Shown: positions 1 through 10,195 of the stretch, piece by piece
Layout: every line of letters starts with the position of its first letter
Numbering within the stretch: the first letter of the stretch is position 1
Assembly: GCA_041576165.1 (NCBI GenBank)
Contig: JBFGLM010000004.1
Coordinates: 32,001 to 96,000, forward strand
Source: Acidimicrobiia bacterium
GTDB taxonomy: Bacteria > Actinomycetota > Acidimicrobiia > Spongiisociales > Spongiisociaceae
DNA length: 64,000 nt
Reading direction: 5' to 3'
Program-made: the position numbers and the translations under genes
The notes under the pieces: generated by a model
The model's database searches: none
What the model was told of the DNA's origin: nothing
Seen by the model: only the letters and a program-made list of their open reading frames with translations

Positions 1-1010
1 AGCCGCTGTCTTTGGCCAAGGAACTCGATCCGTCGCTGGATGGTGACGCCCGCTACCTCGACATCCAGAAAGTTGCGTTCGAAGTATGTGTCCGGATCAA
101 CCGGGCCACGCCCATCACGCCAACCTCGATCGCGACGGCTGCGCTCCTAGCCAACCCCGACCGGGCTCAGACCTCGACCGAGCTATCCGCAGCCATGGGA
201 GAGCTGATCGACGAGATCGCAGAGCGCAGACTTCCGACCACAGTTCCGCTGCGCCACCTGCGTACCGAAGCCGGTATCAAGGACGTCATGGCGGGCCTGG
301 CGGAACACGGTCTCGTCGAGATCATTGCGGACGGTCCCGAGACCGTCTACCGCATCCGCGAGGACGCCCACGTCGGTGCGGCCTTCTATCGCAATACGAT
401 CATCCATTTCTTCGTGAACGCAGCGATTGCGGAGTTGGCGCTCGTTGCTGCCCTCGAAGCTGAAGACGCCCCTCTGGATGCCTTCTGGACTGAGGTCTCC
501 AATCTCCGGGACCTGTTGAAATTCGAGTTCTTCTTCCCCGAGCGCGACGAGTTCCGGGAAGAGGTCCACCAGATCCTGAGCCGGATCGCAGACGACTGGC
601 CGGAGCGCGTCGAGGCTGGGCCGGACCCCACCAGGGAGCTCCTGCACCGCATCCGGCCCGTCCACGGACCATGGGTGCTCCGGTCGTTCTTCGAGTCATA
701 CGTTTTGATCGGGCAGACGCTGCAGCACGACGCAATCGAAGGTACTTCTGACGAAAAGGGGCTCATTGCCGCAGCCCTCGCTCGCGGGAAGCAACACCAG
801 GTGCAGCGCAAGATCAGAGCTCCGGAAGCGGTTTCTCAGTCACTCTTCAAAACGGCACTGCAGCTGGCCGACAATCGGGGACTTCTCGACGAGTCCGTCC
901 CGGGGATCGCCGTTCGCCGGGCCGAATTCGCAGCGGAGCTGGCCACCCGGCTCGACCGGCTCGACCTGTTGGCCCTGATCAGGGCAACGCGCGACGATCC
1001 ATCCGTATGA
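1..1010 (+). CDS. plsB: Glycerol-3-phosphate acyltransferase (PlsB-like), C-terminal part; 5' end outside window
   Basis: Frame open from window edge; RINRATPITPT, AFYRNTIIHFF and LRDLLKFEFFF resemble the actinobacterial PlsB C-terminal region. Confidence 0.8.
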   Translation, partial: PLSLAKELDPSLDGDARYLDIQKVAFEVCVRINRATPITPTSIATAALLANPDRAQTSTELSAAMGELIDEIAERRLPTTVPLRHLRTEAGIKDVMAGLAEHGLVEIIADGPETVYRIREDAHVGAAFYRNTIIHFFVNAAIAELALVAALEAEDAPLDAFWTEVSNLRDLLKFEFFFPERDEFREEVHQILSRIADDWPERVEAGPDPTRELLHRIRPVHGPWVLRSFFESYVLIGQTLQHDAIEGTSDEKGLIAAALARGKQHQVQRKIRAPEAVSQSLFKTALQLADNRGLLDESVPGIAVRRAEFAAELATRLDRLDLLALIRATRDDPSV

Positions 1011-1663
1011 GGAAGCTGTGGTCGCGCCCTCCGACGTTCGAGGACCGGGCGGCCGCCGGACGGGCGCTGGCCGAGGAGCTGGAGGATGCCGCCGGCCGTG
1101 ATCCGGTAGTGCTCGGCCTGCCCAGGGGCGGTGTTGCGGTTGCTGCCCCCGTGGCCGAGCAATTGGGCGCGCCTCTCGACGTCTTGGCCGTGGCCAAAGT
1201 GGGGGTTCCCGGCCATGAGGAGCTGGCCGCCGGGGCAGTCGGCGAGGGCGGCGTCGCGGTCGTGAACGAGGGCGTCGTGCAGCGCTACGGGATCAGCCCT
1301 GCGACGTTGGAGTCGGCGATCGCAGCCGCCCAGGCCAAGGTGGAGGCCCGGCTCGCGGAAATCCGGGCCGTGGTGCCCCGGATCGAAATAGAAGGCCGGA
1401 CAGTGATCATCATCGACGACGGCCTTGCCACCGGCGCGACCGCCCGTGCTGCGATCGAGGTGGCCCGGGCGGCGGGCTGCCCGCACATCGTCCTGGCCGT
1501 GCCCGTAGCCCCAGCCGAAGCGATCGAAGGCTTTACGAAGCTGGCCGACGAGGTTGTAACCGTGCTGACGCCGCTCGATTTTCAGGCCGTGGGCATGTGG
1601 TATCGCGACTTTTCGCAGACCACGACCGACGAAGTCATCGAGCTGCTGCGTGCAGCCAGATGA
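1007..1663 (+). CDS. Phosphoribosyltransferase family protein
   Basis: FEDRAAAG, VLGLPRGGV and PRPP-binding loop VIIIDDGLATGAT; ATGA overlap with upstream gene. Confidence 0.9.
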   Translation: MRKLWSRPPTFEDRAAAGRALAEELEDAAGRDPVVLGLPRGGVAVAAPVAEQLGAPLDVLAVAKVGVPGHEELAAGAVGEGGVAVVNEGVVQRYGISPATLESAIAAAQAKVEARLAEIRAVVPRIEIEGRTVIIIDDGLATGATARAAIEVARAAGCPHIVLAVPVAPAEAIEGFTKLADEVVTVLTPLDFQAVGMWYRDFSQTTTDEVIELLRAAR

Positions 1664-2646
1664 ATACTCCCCCCGAGGGGCCGCCGATCTCACCCGGCCG
1701 GCGCCGGGAGCTCCACTACTGGATGCGGCTGACCCGAACGCTGGATGACCAGATCATCACGCTATGGAAACAGGGTCGGGGCGTAGGTGGCACGTTCAAC
1801 CAACGTGGGCACGAAGCGATCAGCGTGGGGGCCGGATCGGCTTTGGGACCTGACGACGTTGTTGCGCCCATGCACCGAGATCTGGGGTGCTATCTGCTGC
1901 GGGGCATCACACCCGAGCGGATCATGGCCAGCCAGCTGGGCCGGGCCACATCTGTCAATGGTGGCCGGGACGCCAACCTGCACGGATGCGGTGACCTCGA
2001 CCTGAACATCATCGGATTCGTGAGCCATCTGCCGCAATCCCTGCCGGTGGCAGTCGGAGCCGCGATGTCGTTCACGTATCGCCGTGAACCGCGGGTGGCC
2101 ATGACGTTCGTCGGCGACGGATCGTCGAACACTGGTTTGTTCCACGAATCGCTCAACCTCGCCGCCGTGCACCAGGCGCCCTTTGTCCTCATTGTCGAGA
2201 ACAACCAGTACGCCTACTCCACACCGCTCGCACAGCAGATGGCCATCGACGACATTGTGGTACGAGCCGCGGCCCACGGTGTGCCGGCCGAGATCGTGGA
2301 CGGCAACGACGTCGAGGCAGTGCGCACAGTGGTCGAGATGGCGGTCGAACGCGCCAGAGAAGGCGGCGGCCCAACCATGATCGAATGCAAGACGATGCGA
2401 ATGCTGGGACACGCCATCCACGACGGGGCCGAATACGTGCCGACCGAGCTTCTCGCCGAGTGGTCGAAGCGCGATCCCATCCTGAGGTTCGAGCGGGTGC
2501 TGCTCGAGAATGGCGTCATGACCGAGGCCGATCTTACGGCCGTGGCCAATGAGTGCCGTCAACGGGTGGCAGCTGCTGTCGAGTTCGCCGAGTCCTCGGA
2601 CTGGCCCGACCCCGCCACAGTTCTGGACGGGGTGTTCGCGCCATGA
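1660..2646 (+). CDS. TPP-dependent 2-oxoacid dehydrogenase E1 alpha subunit
   Basis: TPP motif GDGSS...ENNQYA and RMLGHAIHD; ATG 1660 overlaps upstream TGA. Confidence 0.9.
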   Translation: MNTPPEGPPISPGRRRELHYWMRLTRTLDDQIITLWKQGRGVGGTFNQRGHEAISVGAGSALGPDDVVAPMHRDLGCYLLRGITPERIMASQLGRATSVNGGRDANLHGCGDLDLNIIGFVSHLPQSLPVAVGAAMSFTYRREPRVAMTFVGDGSSNTGLFHESLNLAAVHQAPFVLIVENNQYAYSTPLAQQMAIDDIVVRAAAHGVPAEIVDGNDVEAVRTVVEMAVERAREGGGPTMIECKTMRMLGHAIHDGAEYVPTELLAEWSKRDPILRFERVLLENGVMTEADLTAVANECRQRVAAAVEFAESSDWPDPATVLDGVFAP

Positions 2647-3671
2647 CCGATGGCAACTTTGGATTCAGCGATACCGCCCCGGCGGTGAGCGACGACACCA
2701 AGATGAGCTACATCGAGGCTATATCGACGGCGCTGGCCGAGGAGATGCGGCGCGACCCGGACGTGCTGGTGCTCGGGGAGGACGTGGGCGGCACATTCGG
2801 TGGAGCGTTCAAGGTGACCAAGGGGTTTGCTGAGGAATTCGGCGACCGCCGGGTGATGAACATGCCGATGACCGAACTCGGCTTCATCGGGGCCGCCAAC
2901 GGCATGGCGCTGATGGGCCTACGGCCGGTGGTCGAGGTCCAGTTCGCCGACTTCATCAGCACCGGTTTCGATTCCATCGTGCAGTTTGCTGCGACCACCT
3001 ATTACCGGTGGAAGGGATCGGTGCCGTGGGTCATCCGGGCTCCGGCGGACGGCGGCATCCGGTCGGGTCCATTTCACAGCCAGAACCCGGAAGCATGGTT
3101 CGTTCATACGCCCGGCCTGAAAGTTGTGGCGCCCGCCACCCCCGCCGACGCCAAAGGCCTGCTCGTCGCCGCGATCCGCGACGACAACCCGGTGATCTAC
3201 CTGGAATCGAAACCCCTATATCGATCACTGGTCGACCATGTGCCGGCCGGCGACCACACCGTCCCACTTGGCCGGGCACGGATTGCCCGGAGCGGGACCG
3301 ACGCCACCGTCGTCACCTACGGGGCCATGGTCCACCAGGTGATCGCGGCGGCGGACTCCCTGGCTGCCGATGGCGCCGAGATCGAGGTTATCGATCTCCG
3401 ATCGCTCAAGCCGCTCGACATCCCAACGGTGCTCGAGTCCATCCACAAGACTGGTCGGCTCCTCGTCACCCACGCCGCCAACCGGCTCGCAGGGATCGGC
3501 GCCGAGATCGCAGCCGTGGTGGCCGAGGACGCGTTCGAGGCCCTCGACGCGCCGATCGCGAGGATCGGCGGGCTGGACGTGCCGGTGCCGTTCTCCCCGC
3601 CGTTGGAGGACGCCTACCGGCCCGACGCCCGGCAACTCACGGCCGCGCTGCGCCAGCTCCTCGCGTTCTGA
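2643..3671 (+). CDS. 2-oxoacid dehydrogenase E1 beta subunit
   Basis: GEDVG, EVQFADF, GPFHSQ, EVIDLRSLKPLD motifs; ATGA coupling to alpha subunit. Confidence 0.9.
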   Translation: MTDGNFGFSDTAPAVSDDTKMSYIEAISTALAEEMRRDPDVLVLGEDVGGTFGGAFKVTKGFAEEFGDRRVMNMPMTELGFIGAANGMALMGLRPVVEVQFADFISTGFDSIVQFAATTYYRWKGSVPWVIRAPADGGIRSGPFHSQNPEAWFVHTPGLKVVAPATPADAKGLLVAAIRDDNPVIYLESKPLYRSLVDHVPAGDHTVPLGRARIARSGTDATVVTYGAMVHQVIAAADSLAADGAEIEVIDLRSLKPLDIPTVLESIHKTGRLLVTHAANRLAGIGAEIAAVVAEDAFEALDAPIARIGGLDVPVPFSPPLEDAYRPDARQLTAALRQLLAF

Positions 3672-3689
3672 ACCACTGGCCGCGCCGGC

Positions 3690-4898
3690 CTACTTCATGA
3701 TCTTCAGGTCGACCCAGACCAGCCGGTGATCCGAGCTAGGGAACGGGAAGACCCCGACCAACGCGAAGAGTGGATCATCCGACGTGGGCCAGAAAACCCC
3801 GGCATCCAGAACCGGAAGCCGACGCGACGGGAGCACGTAATGCACCCGCAGGTTGCCGGGCGCAGTGTCGGAGGAATCCGCAGTGTCCAGGGCCGGGTCG
3901 CCCACATGGTCGTTGTTGAGCCCGCCTTGCATCGCCCCCTGCTCCACTGGACCCGCGCTCTTCGGCATCGGGTCCGAGATGCGGGGATGATCCAGGAGCA
4001 GATTGGCCGCCTCGGCCGTGCTGTCACCGTCGAAAGGGTCGGCATTCTGGTCGCCCATGATCACGAACGGATGCCCGGGCACACCGCCAAACCGTCCGGA
4101 GTCGTCGTAGATGTATTGGGCGGCACCCGGGGTCACGTAGTCGGCCCAGAACCTGATCTCGTCATGGTTGCGAGTGCCATTGCGGTCCTCGGGGCCGTCA
4201 AACACCGGCGGGGTGGGATGGCTGACGAGCGCATGCACGATCTTGCCGCCGATACGGATCGGCACATCCCAGTGGCTCTTCGACGACAACCGAAATACGT
4301 CCAGTTCCATCGAGGTGTACCAGTCGGCGGTCGCCGGGCTGTCCGGGTCATCCGGCAGCAGGGCGCCAGGCATGTCCGCCCACAGGAAGTTCTGGAAGGT
4401 GCGCACCTTGTTCTGCAGGATTGGATACCTCGACAACAACAACATCCCAAACTGGCCCTCGAAGAATCCGAACCCGAAGGCGTCTCCGGGGCCGCTAGCC
4501 ACGCCGTCGTTGTCGAGGTCAAACCCGCTCGGTATCCCGGTATTGGACGGCGCCTGGAACACATGCCCCTAGTGAATCGGTTCGGCCCCATTCTGGCTGA
4601 CGCCGAGGTAGTTCTCCTGGAACAACACGGCGGCCGTTCCGTTGGGATCGAAATCGAACTCGTTGATCAGCAGCACATCCGGGCGGGTGCGCTGGATGAT
4701 CTCCGCCACCGCCCGAGCCTGAGCGTTGTTTGGGGTGAACAAATCGTTGATGAGGTCGCCTGCATTGAATCGGTTGAGCGAGGGGTTGAACGTGGCAAAC
4801 CGAACTTCAATCGACCGGGCCCTCGTGTCGGCTGCCGCAGGCAAGGTGAGCGCTGCGATCAGGGCGATTGTCAGCGGCAGGGTGGCCAAGCGTCGCAC
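3690..4898 (-). pseudogene. Secreted endonuclease/exonuclease/phosphatase (EEP) family gene with in-frame TAG at 4569-4571
   Basis: ORFs 4569..4898 (signal peptide, FATFN, PDVLLINEFD) and 3690..4562 (SHPTPP, GDQNAD, SDHRLVW) share one frame, separated by a single TAG. Confidence 0.75.
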
Positions 4899-4987
4899 AG
4901 GTACCCCCGAACTCTTGCGAACTGTCACAAAGCTACCGATGTGCGGGACTCCGTGCCGGATCGAAGAGAGCCCGGCCCGACCGTGTC

Positions 4988-5281
4988 TCAGGCTCGCCAG
5001 TCCAAGAAGGCCCCTCCGGCCGCGAGAGTTGCCAGCCAAACGGCGAATGCCAGCACGGGTATTCCGATCGTGATCCACGGTCGGGTGCGCCACCTTCGGA
5101 TCCCCAACAGCAGCAGCACGGCCCATACGATCAGCATTGCCGTGACCGCCCAGGGCGGGGCCACCAGCCCCGACACCAACATGAAGAAGCCGGCGACCAG
5201 GTGCAGGGCCAGGCCCACCAGCGCGTAGAGGACTTTGCGCGGGGTGAGCGGCGGGACCTCGGTAGAAACGGGATCGGTCAT
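4988..5281 (-). CDS. Small membrane protein (about 3 TM segments), unknown function
   Basis: Hydrophobic 97-aa ORF; TACAGT -10-like hexamer 8 nt upstream of ATG. Confidence 0.7.
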   Translation of the reverse strand: MTDPVSTEVPPLTPRKVLYALVGLALHLVAGFFMLVSGLVAPPWAVTAMLIVWAVLLLLGIRRWRTRPWITIGIPVLAFAVWLATLAAGGAFLDWRA

Positions 5282-5349
5282 GCGCGCCCACTGTAGAGGG
5301 CGTCAACCGCAGCGCGGACCAGGGCTGGTCAGACGGTACCCTGAACCGG

Positions 5350-6228
5350 ATGGAGTGCTTCACGATCGACCTCGACGGGCCGGTTTTCGGCGTCGATTAC
5401 GGCGGGAGGGGCCAGCCGGTGGTGCTCGTGCATGGGCTGGGAGGCTCGCACCACAACTGGAACGCCCTCGCACCGCACATTGCTCATCTCGGGCACGTAT
5501 ACGCCCTCGACCTCCGCGGATTCGGCCGCACTCCCCCGGCCGGCCGGGGAACGACGGTCGACGCCAACCAGCGGCTCGTCCACCAATTCATCGAGCATCT
5601 CGATGCCGGGCCCGCCATGCTGATTGGCAACTCGATGGGCGGGATGATCTCGATGATGCAGGCAGCCCGGGAGCCGTCGTCGGTTTCCCGCCTGGTTCTC
5701 ATCAGCCCGGCCGCTCCCGCCTGGGACCGGGCCCAGGTGAACGCGCGCTGGGCCATCCTCAGCGCCCTCTACCTCGTTCCCGGGGTAGGCCACGCGGCGA
5801 TGAAACGGTATGAGAGCTCCCGCACGCCGGAGCAACGGGTCCACGAGAGCTTCACACTGGTGGCGGCCGACGCCGGGGGGCTGGCGCCTCTCCGGGATGA
5901 CCACATCGCGATGGCTCGCGAGCGCCGGACTCAACCCTGGGCCATCCCGGCCGTACTCGATGCCTACCGCTCGATCGTGCGCTATTACCTGCCGCGCGCT
6001 CGGTACGACAACATCGTCTCCTCGGTGCAGGCACCGACCCTGCTGGTGCATGGCAAGGTTGACCGTGTCGTGCCGTTTGTCGGCAGCCGGCGCCTGGCGT
6101 CTTTGCGCCCCGACTGGACCTTCGCCCCCCTCAACGGCGTCGGCCACGTCGCTCAGATGGAGGTGCCGGATCTGCTCGCGCGGCTCATGGACGATTGGAT
6201 TGGGGGCGCCGCTGCACTGTCGGCCTGA
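5350..6228 (+). CDS. Alpha/beta-fold hydrolase
   Basis: HGLGG oxyanion motif, GNSMGG nucleophile, HGKVD and GH catalytic Asp/His. Confidence 0.9.
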   Translation: MECFTIDLDGPVFGVDYGGRGQPVVLVHGLGGSHHNWNALAPHIAHLGHVYALDLRGFGRTPPAGRGTTVDANQRLVHQFIEHLDAGPAMLIGNSMGGMISMMQAAREPSSVSRLVLISPAAPAWDRAQVNARWAILSALYLVPGVGHAAMKRYESSRTPEQRVHESFTLVAADAGGLAPLRDDHIAMARERRTQPWAIPAVLDAYRSIVRYYLPRARYDNIVSSVQAPTLLVHGKVDRVVPFVGSRRLASLRPDWTFAPLNGVGHVAQMEVPDLLARLMDDWIGGAAALSA

Positions 6229-7962
6229 TCAGCGGCGAGCCCGGACCCAGGTCAAGAACCGCTTGCGCGGCCAGGTATTGACGACCAGTGCCGTGGGCGC
6301 CCAGCCCCGCTGGGACTGCAAAACGCCGTAACCCATCCGTTTGAGCTCGCCGGTGTGGTGGCTGTCCGTGGAGATCGTCATGTGTACGCCCCGAGACGCA
6401 GCTTTGCGGATCACATCAGCCGACGCGTCGAGCCGGTCGAGCGCACCGTTGATTTCCAGGGCCACACCTGTGGTTGCCAGTCCCTCCAGCACGGCGTCGA
6501 CGTCAAGCTCGATGCCGGGCCGGCGCCCGATGTACCGCCCGGTCAGGTGACCCACCGCGTTGACGGACGGATCCGCAATGGCTTTGAGAATCCGGGCCGT
6601 CTGCTGATCGGGACTCAAGTCGAAATGAGAGTGCACCGACGCCACGCAGAAGTCGAACTCCCGCCGAAACTCCTCGTCGTAATCGAGGGAGCCGTCGGGC
6701 CCGATATTGAGCTCACAGCCAAAGAGCAACCTCATTCGCGGGTACTGCGATTGCAACGCGACGATCCGGTCGCGGTGAGCGAGCATCTCCTCGCGGGTCG
6801 ACCCGTTGATAGCGAGATCCTCGCCGTGATCCGTGATCGCCAGGTAGGCATACTTGCGGGCCGCTGCTGCTTCCACCATCTCTTCCAGACTCGATCGTCC
6901 GTCGCCCGAGCGATCGGTGTGATAGTGGAGGTCGCCCTTGATGTCACTCGGCTGGACCAGATGGGGCAACGCCCGCTGGGCGGCAGCTTCGATCTCCCCG
7001 CTTGCCTCGCGCAACGGCGGCGGGATGAACTGCAGACCTAGTTCCGCATAGATCTCGGTCTCTGACGTACGGGCGACCGGCTCGTCGGTCTCGGCGTCAA
7101 ACAGGCCGTATTCGTTGAGTAACCAGCCTCGATCCATCGCCCGCTGACGCAAGGCGATGTTGTGGGCCTTCGACCCGGTGAAGTAGAGGGTGGCAGCGCC
7201 GAACTCTTCGGGCGCTACGACTCGCACGTCGATCTGCAGGCTTTGCCGGGTCAGAATCGACGTCTTGGTGGTTCCGCTGCCGATCACCTCGGTTGCCGCG
7301 CTGTGGTTCGCAACGGCATCCATAACCGGCGCCGGGTCGGTTGATGCGACCGTGATGTCGATGTCGCCGATCGTCTCGGCATGGCGACGCAGACTGCCGC
7401 AAAACGCCGTATTCGTCACCCCTGCCAGCTTTGACAGCTCGGCGACGAGTTGTTCGGCGACGGGCATCGCCTCCGCAATCGGCGTGCGCCGGTCTTTGCC
7501 GTGGAGCCCAAGACGTTCGATCGCACGCCCGATCTTCTCCTCGGTCGTGGCACCCAGGCCCGGGAGTTCCCGCAGCGCCTCGTTCTCGATCGCCTGTTTG
7601 AGATCATCGAGATTCTCCACACGCAGTTCGCGCCGGATCAGCTTCAGAGTCTTGGGACCAAGCCCGGGAACCTTTGTGAGTTCAACGAAAGCCGGCGGGT
7701 AGGAGGCCCGTAGTGTCTCGAGCTTGTCGACCTTGCCGGTATCGACAAACTCACGGATCTTGGCTGCGGTCGACTTGCCCACACCCTTTATCTTGGTCAG
7801 GTCTGCCGCCGACAGTTCGGTGACGTCGCGGGTATCACCCTCCAGACCATGGAGCGCGTTCTCGTAGGCGCGGGCTTTGAACGACTGCGGGTTCTCTTCC
7901 TCCAGCACGGTCAGCTTGGCCAGCTCGGCCAGCATGGCCATGATGTCTCGGTTGGTGACCAT
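6229..7962 (-). CDS. polX: DNA polymerase X with PHP 3'-5' exonuclease domain
   Basis: HhH motifs, GSLRR, GDID catalytic motif, YFTGSKAHN; PHP motifs HYHT, TDH, STDSH. Confidence 0.95.
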   Translation of the reverse strand: MVTNRDIMAMLAELAKLTVLEEENPQSFKARAYENALHGLEGDTRDVTELSAADLTKIKGVGKSTAAKIREFVDTGKVDKLETLRASYPPAFVELTKVPGLGPKTLKLIRRELRVENLDDLKQAIENEALRELPGLGATTEEKIGRAIERLGLHGKDRRTPIAEAMPVAEQLVAELSKLAGVTNTAFCGSLRRHAETIGDIDITVASTDPAPVMDAVANHSAATEVIGSGTTKTSILTRQSLQIDVRVVAPEEFGAATLYFTGSKAHNIALRQRAMDRGWLLNEYGLFDAETDEPVARTSETEIYAELGLQFIPPPLREASGEIEAAAQRALPHLVQPSDIKGDLHYHTDRSGDGRSSLEEMVEAAAARKYAYLAITDHGEDLAINGSTREEMLAHRDRIVALQSQYPRMRLLFGCELNIGPDGSLDYDEEFRREFDFCVASVHSHFDLSPDQQTARILKAIADPSVNAVGHLTGRYIGRRPGIELDVDAVLEGLATTGVALEINGALDRLDASADVIRKAASRGVHMTISTDSHHTGELKRMGYGVLQSQRGWAPTALVVNTWPRKRFLTWVRARR

Positions 7963-8070
7963 CCCGCCAGGTTACGCCGCACGGCCACCGACTCGGCTCG
8001 CTCTCCCGGATCTCGCCGGAAGCCGGCTCCGGCGGTAGGTTGTTCCCACAAAACCCGACAGGATTGACTC

Positions 8071-9480
8071 ATGAGCATTGCCAGCGCCGGCTATTCGATC
8101 ACCATGCGCCTCTACCACCGCACCGATGACGAGACCGCGGTCGGTCGCATCACCACGACCATCGGCGAAGCCGGCGGCATCGTCAGCGCGTTCGACTTCG
8201 TCGACACCGAAGGAGACCGGACGACTATCGATGTCACCGCCAACGCCCGCGACGTCGATCACGCCGATGAGATCTCGGCTGCCGTGGACCATGTCGACGG
8301 CGTAACCGTTCACCATGTTTCGGACCGGACCTTCCTCATCCACCTTGGCGGCAAGCTCGAAGTCATACCCAAGGTCCAGCTCCGGACACGCGATCAGCTG
8401 TCGATGGCCTACACGCCCGGTGTGGCGCGGGTCAGCCGCGCTATCGCCGATCGGCCCGAAGACGCCCGCAACCTCACGATCAAAGGCAACACCGTGGCAA
8501 TCGTCACCGATGGCAGCGCGGTGCTCGGACTGGGCAACATTGGTCCTGCGGCGGCCATGCCGGTCATGGAGGGAAAGGCGGCGCTCTTCAAACGCTTCGC
8601 GGAAGTCGATGCTTGGCCGATTTGCCTGGCAACCCAGGACACCGACGAAATCGTACGCACCGTGGAACTGATCTCACCCGGCTTCGGCGGTGTCAATCTC
8701 GAGGACATCGCTGCGCCCCGGTGTTTCGACATCGAGGAGCGCCTCCGCGAGACGCTCGACATCCCCGTGTTCCATGACGATCAACACGGCACGGCGATCG
8801 TAGTGCTGGCGGCCCTCACCAATGCGCTGAAGCTGGTCGGGAAGCGCTTCGAGGACGTCACGGTGGCCCTGGCTGGTGCCGGCGCCGCCGGGGTGGCAGT
8901 CTCGAAACTCCTCATGGAAGAGAACATTGGCAACATCATTGCCGCCGATAGCCGCGGCATCATCCACAAAGGCCGTGACCTGGCTGACGCGTCCAAACAA
9001 TGGCTCGCCGAGAACACCAATCGGGATGGAAGATCTGGCGACCTGGTCGAGGCTTTGGACGGCGCGGATGTGTTCATCGGTGTCAGCGCCGCCGATCTTT
9101 TCCGGCCGGAGGAACTGCAGCGAATGGCCAAAAGCCCTGTTGTGTTTGCGCTGGCCAACCCCGATCCCGAAGTCGATCCGCGTGGTGCCCAGGAGTATGC
9201 CGCGGTGGTGGCGACCGGCCGGTCCGATTACCCCAACCAGATCAACAATGTGCTGGCGTTCCCCGGCGTGTTCCGGGGCGCGCTCGACGCCCGGGCGCCG
9301 AAGATCACCCAGGCGATGAACGTGGCGGCCGCTCGCGCCATCGCCGGGGTCGTTGCGGACGATCAAATGAGCCCGTCGTACATGATCCCGAGCATCTTCA
9401 ACCCGGAGGTCACGACGGAGGTTGCCAAGGCGGTGCGGGCCGCGGCTGCAGTCTCCGCCGACAGGACCTCACACCGATAG
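8071..9480 (+). CDS. NAD(P)-dependent malic enzyme with N-terminal ACT domain
   Basis: AYTPGVA, TDGSAVLGLG, NLEDI, HDDQHGTA, ATGRSDYPNQINN. Confidence 0.93.
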   Translation: MSIASAGYSITMRLYHRTDDETAVGRITTTIGEAGGIVSAFDFVDTEGDRTTIDVTANARDVDHADEISAAVDHVDGVTVHHVSDRTFLIHLGGKLEVIPKVQLRTRDQLSMAYTPGVARVSRAIADRPEDARNLTIKGNTVAIVTDGSAVLGLGNIGPAAAMPVMEGKAALFKRFAEVDAWPICLATQDTDEIVRTVELISPGFGGVNLEDIAAPRCFDIEERLRETLDIPVFHDDQHGTAIVVLAALTNALKLVGKRFEDVTVALAGAGAAGVAVSKLLMEENIGNIIAADSRGIIHKGRDLADASKQWLAENTNRDGRSGDLVEALDGADVFIGVSAADLFRPEELQRMAKSPVVFALANPDPEVDPRGAQEYAAVVATGRSDYPNQINNVLAFPGVFRGALDARAPKITQAMNVAAARAIAGVVADDQMSPSYMIPSIFNPEVTTEVAKAVRAAAAVSADRTSHR

Positions 9481-9492
9481 CACATCACCGCC

Positions 9493-10182
9493 TCACGGGG
9501 CCGCGGTCTCGTCCTCCTCGTCGTAGTCACGGGGCTCGTCGTAGTAGTCGAGGTGATCGAGCGGCATGACCAGCGACGTCAGGAAGTTCATGATGTGGGC
9601 CGTGATGCGTTTCATGAAGCGGTAGTAAAGAGCTCGGGCTACCGCGTCGGAGGCCGTGCCTTCTGATCGGTAGGCGGTACGGACGTGATCGTCGTACTCG
9701 TCGAGGAAGTCGTTTGCTTTGTTGATGAGCTTCTGGGCAGTCTCGGTGTCACCATCTTTGAACACGTCGGCGGCATCGGTCATCAGCTGAGCAACCGCGT
9801 CCCGATAGTGAGCCAGTTCGGCCTGATCGGGCGCGGTTTCGAAGTCCACCCCGTATTTGGCCAGGTCGTATATGTTCTTCGAATAGTCGCCGATCCGTTC
9901 CACGTCTTTGATGACGCTCATGAACGACAGCACCTGTGCAGTGTCGGTATGTGGAGCCACCGAGCTGTGGATGAGCAGGGCCTTGCGCACCTCCTGCTGC
10001 GCCGTGTTGATACCAGCGTCGGTGTCTTTCACGACCGCCTTGGTTTGTTTGGATTTGCCGCCCCCGAACACGGCCATCATGGCGGCGTCATAGACGATTC
10101 GGCTGTCGAGCAACATCTGATGGATGCGCTCTTCGACTTCCGACATGGTCGAAGGTGAACTGCGGAACCAACTCAGAACCAT
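9493..10182 (-). CDS. PhoU-domain protein (second copy, beside Na/Pi transporter)
   Basis: KDVERIGDYSKNI and RFMKRITAHIMN PhoU-repeat motifs. Confidence 0.8.
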   Translation of the reverse strand: MVLSWFRSSPSTMSEVEERIHQMLLDSRIVYDAAMMAVFGGGKSKQTKAVVKDTDAGINTAQQEVRKALLIHSSVAPHTDTAQVLSFMSVIKDVERIGDYSKNIYDLAKYGVDFETAPDQAELAHYRDAVAQLMTDAADVFKDGDTETAQKLINKANDFLDEYDDHVRTAYRSEGTASDAVARALYYRFMKRITAHIMNFLTSLVMPLDHLDYYDEPRDYDEEDETAAP

Positions 10183-10195
10183 CTGAACCTCCCTT

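Noticed and set aside
4569-4571. Pyrrolysine or genome-wide amber reassignment
   Set aside because: TAG is the normal stop of other genes here (e.g. 9478-9480), and no pyl genes or suppressor tRNA are visible
3726-5228. 500-aa plus-strand ORF, and similar long ORFs such as 23193..24806, 37759..39195, 43874..45046 and 55235..56539
   Set aside because: Antisense shadows of well-supported genes, expected in high-GC DNA; no recognisable motifs
6229-7962. Non-canonical (inactive) PolX
   Set aside because: Catalytic D-x-D, third Asp and PHP metal ligands all appear intact
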